Source: Pristiophorus japonicus (taxonomy: Eukaryota). From it: 64,000 nucleotides of DNA. The stretch is taken from the NCBI RefSeq assembly GCF_044704955.1, contig NC_091994.1:48732001-48796000 (forward strand), given 5' to 3'. Positions 61,218 to 64,000 of this stretch are shown piece by piece. A model generated the notes under the pieces. That model was not told the DNA's origin and searched no databases. It worked only from the letters and a program-made list of their open reading frames with translations. Numbering within the stretch: the stretch's first letter is position 1; each line of letters opens with the position of its first letter. The position numbers were made by a program, and so were the translations under genes.

Positions 61218-62625
61218 AGTTTCATGTTCAGCCATGAACTCATTGAATGGCGGTGCAGGCTAGAAGGGCTGAATGGCCTGCTCCTGCACCTATTTTCTAT
61301 GTTTCTATGTTAATAGCAAGAATGTCCTTCCTCAGATTCGGAGACCAAAACTGAACACAATATTCCAGGTGAGGCCTCACTAAAGCCATGTACAACTGCA
61401 GTAAGACCTCCCTGCTCCTATACTCAAATCCTGTAGCTATGAAGGCCAACATACCAGTTGCCTTCTTCACCGCCTGCCGTACCTGCATGCCAACTTTCAA
61501 TGACTGATGTACCATGACACCCAGGTCTTGTTGCACCTCCTCTTTTCCTAATCTGCCACGATTCAGATAATATTCTGCCTTCGTGTTTTTCCCCCAAAAT
61601 GGATAACCTCACATTTATCCACATTATACTGCATCTGCCATGCATTTGCCCACTCACCTAACCTGTCCAAGTCATCCTATAGCCTCTTAGTGTCCTCCTC
61701 ACAGCTCACACTGCCACCCAGTTTAGTGTCATCTGCAAACGTGGAGATATTACACTCAATTCCTTCATCTAAATCGTTAATGTATATTGTAAAGAGCTGG
61801 GGTCCCAGCACTGAGCCCTGCAGCACTCCACTAGTCACTGCCTGCCATTCTGAAAAGGACCCGTTTATCCCGACTCTCTGCTTCCTGTCTACCAACCAGT
61901 TCTCTATCCACGTCAGTACCTTACCCCCAATACCATGCGCTTTGATTTTGCACACCAATCTCTTGTGCAGGACCTTGTCAAAAGCCTTTTGAAAGTCCAA
62001 ATACACCACATCCACTGGTTCTCCATTGTCCAATCGGCAAGTTACATCCTCAAAAAATTCCAGAAGATTCGTCAAGCATGATTTCCCAAATAATCAATTA
62101 TAAATCGTTTTTACTAATTGTAATGCACTTAGTTAGGACTCATTATATTCAAAATCCCGTGTTGCATCATCAGCATAGAAACTGAAAAAAATAACAGAAA
62201 AGGCTTGTGCTGAGGCTGGAGATAATATTTCCCAAGACCCGTGCCAGGAGACAGAGGGTCACAGGCTCATGGTTGGGTGGAATTGGATGTGTAGGATAAA
62301 CACAATTGGACGGATTTTTCATTGGCTCCGTTCGTGGGGCGTATCTTAGTGAATTTGGGTCATTCTCATCGTGGTAGGGTCAGGAAAGGCATCGATCGGG
62401 ACAGGGGCAGATGGTATGCCAGTAACAGGGATGAGGAATTGTCCTCCCTACTACCCAAATCACTGTAATGGGTAATATAATTCTCATTTGTAATTTGACA
62501 ACTTCTGCTCAACTACTGAGTGTATCAATTCTCACTTATCGTTAAATAAAATCATAATTGTTCGCACTGTGGTGTCAGCTTCAGTCCATTGAACAGACAG
62601 TCCAAAGAGACTTCCAATGTAATCT

Positions 62626-63152
62626 TACACAGGGACATCACACATTGCCCCCTCCCCGGGGCAGCTCACGGTCATTCACTGCACAAAGTCCCCCCCCCAC
62701 TCCCGACACACACACACACAGACATCACACACTGCCCCCTCCCCGGGGCAGCTCATGGTCATTCATTGCACAAACATTCACTGCACAAACTCCCCCCCTC
62801 CCCACCCCTCCCGACACACACACAGAGACATCCCACACTGCCCCCCTCCCCGGGGCAGCTCACGGTCATTCACTGCACAAAGTCCGTCCCCGCCCCCCCA
62901 CCCCACTCCCGACACACACACACAGGGACATCCCACACTGCCCCCTCCCCGGGGCAGCTCACGGTCACTCACTGCACGAAGTGCCCCCCGCCCCCCCCAC
63001 AGGGACATCACACACTGCCCCCTCCCTGGGACAACTCACAGTCACTCACTGGCCCCACAGGGAAATCACAGGATGTCCATCCCTGGGGGAAATTCACGGT
63101 TATAAACTGCACATACACCAACCCACATTGACATCAAAACATCCCCCTCCCT
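62626..63152 (+). repeat. C-rich variant of the 64-bp minisatellite with (CA)n and C-runs
   Basis: Repeated ACATCACACACTGCCCCCTCCCCGGGGCAGCTCACGGTCATTCACTGCAC. Confidence 0.9.
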
Positions 63153-64000
63153 GAGGTAGCTAGGGGTCATAAAGTGCATAGGCTGCATCCTTTCGGCAAT
63201 GTGTAAACCGCCCCCACCCTGGGCAAGTCAGTGTTGGAGGAATTGCAGCCAGAAGGGCATCTGCTCCACACCTTCTTGATAAGAATCCTGAATCAGACTC
63301 ATGCTGAATCCAGCCGTTCCCGGCTGCAGTCTGGGAAGCCACAGACGCCACGGGGCAGCACATGGACCTTGCAGAAAATCACACTCGCTCCCACCGCAGA
63401 CCCCACAGATTAGGGCAATCGACCTGGGACAGTAGAAACATTGTCTCCCCAAGGGATTATCAGCTCCATCCTCTCCCAGAACCCAAAGCTTTGGCCAACA
63501 GACCTGGGACATTGGGTCTCCAAACGGGAGAAGCAATCTTTCCCCCATCCTAGACCACACAGGTTAGCAGCACTGTTACGGTGAACTCCAGGGAGAGTGA
63601 CATTGCTCCACAGCAGCTGTCCTCCCTTGAAGATGCTGACCGTGCCTAGGGGCAGAATTAATCAGCAATCATCTTCGATTGTCACAACAATTCATAAAAT
63701 TGATATCTCTCATAAACACATAAGAAATAGGAGCCTTTCCTGGTCAGAACCAGACGGAACCAGAGATCTTTCACCAGGCCCTGTTTCCAACTAAAACAGA
63801 ATGAACAACATCCCCAATAACGTCCCAGATTCAACCAGAGACCCTGAGCAGTCACTGACCAAGTCTGAACCAGTCTGAACCTGACCTCTCTCACTAGCCA
63901 TTGTCCTAATCTAAAGCAGACTCAAGCAGCCCCTGTCCTAGACTGAACCACACCATCCCTCACCACCCACTATCCCAGACTGAATCAGACCCTCCCTCAC

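Larger units (their letters stand above)
57003..61311 (+). mobile_element. Full-length young CR1 LINE
   Basis: GC-rich 5' UTR with two ~45-bp repeats, ORF1, ORF2, (TTTCTATG)n tail; no clear TSD. Confidence 0.97.
56496..62088 (-). mobile_element. CR1 LINE 3' portion (56496-57002 + 61312-62088), host of the full-length CR1
   Basis: CACTCCCTCAA|TAGCAAG continuity across the insertion; RT motifs; tail. Confidence 0.92.

Overview
This is repeat-saturated vertebrate genomic DNA, almost certainly from a cartilaginous fish (shark-type CR1 LINEs with (TTTCTATG)n tails, K02A2.6/Mag-like Gypsy elements, a GPR139/142-like receptor). I find no intact host gene. Host-derived sequence is limited to a two-exon GPR139-like pseudogene (34251-42628), two C2H2 zinc-finger pseudogene copies and two tRNA-Ser pseudogenes. 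The ZNF and tRNA copies lie in the arms of an old inverted segmental duplication (about 1-23162 vs about 50885-56150). The left arm carries a five-layer nest: CR1 > Gypsy A > Gypsy C > CR1 > ERV. The innermost element is a 7.4 kb class I (gamma/epsilon-like) ERV with apparently identical 550-bp LTRs, a perfect tRNA-Leu PBS and a 4-bp TSD, but capsid, RT and much of IN and env are deleted. It keeps a protease fused to a candidate 2H-phosphoesterase domain, a UGA-CUA gag-pol readthrough site and an intact spliceable 177-aa mini-Env ORF. A nearly intact full-length CR1 (57003-61311) has a U_UUA_AAC slippery heptamer plus G-runs exactly at its ORF1/ORF2 junction, with ORF2 in the -1 frame. The heptamer recurs at the same position in a second, divergent CR1, suggesting programmed -1 frameshifting in CR1 LINEs. 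All identities are by-eye estimates; no searches were run.
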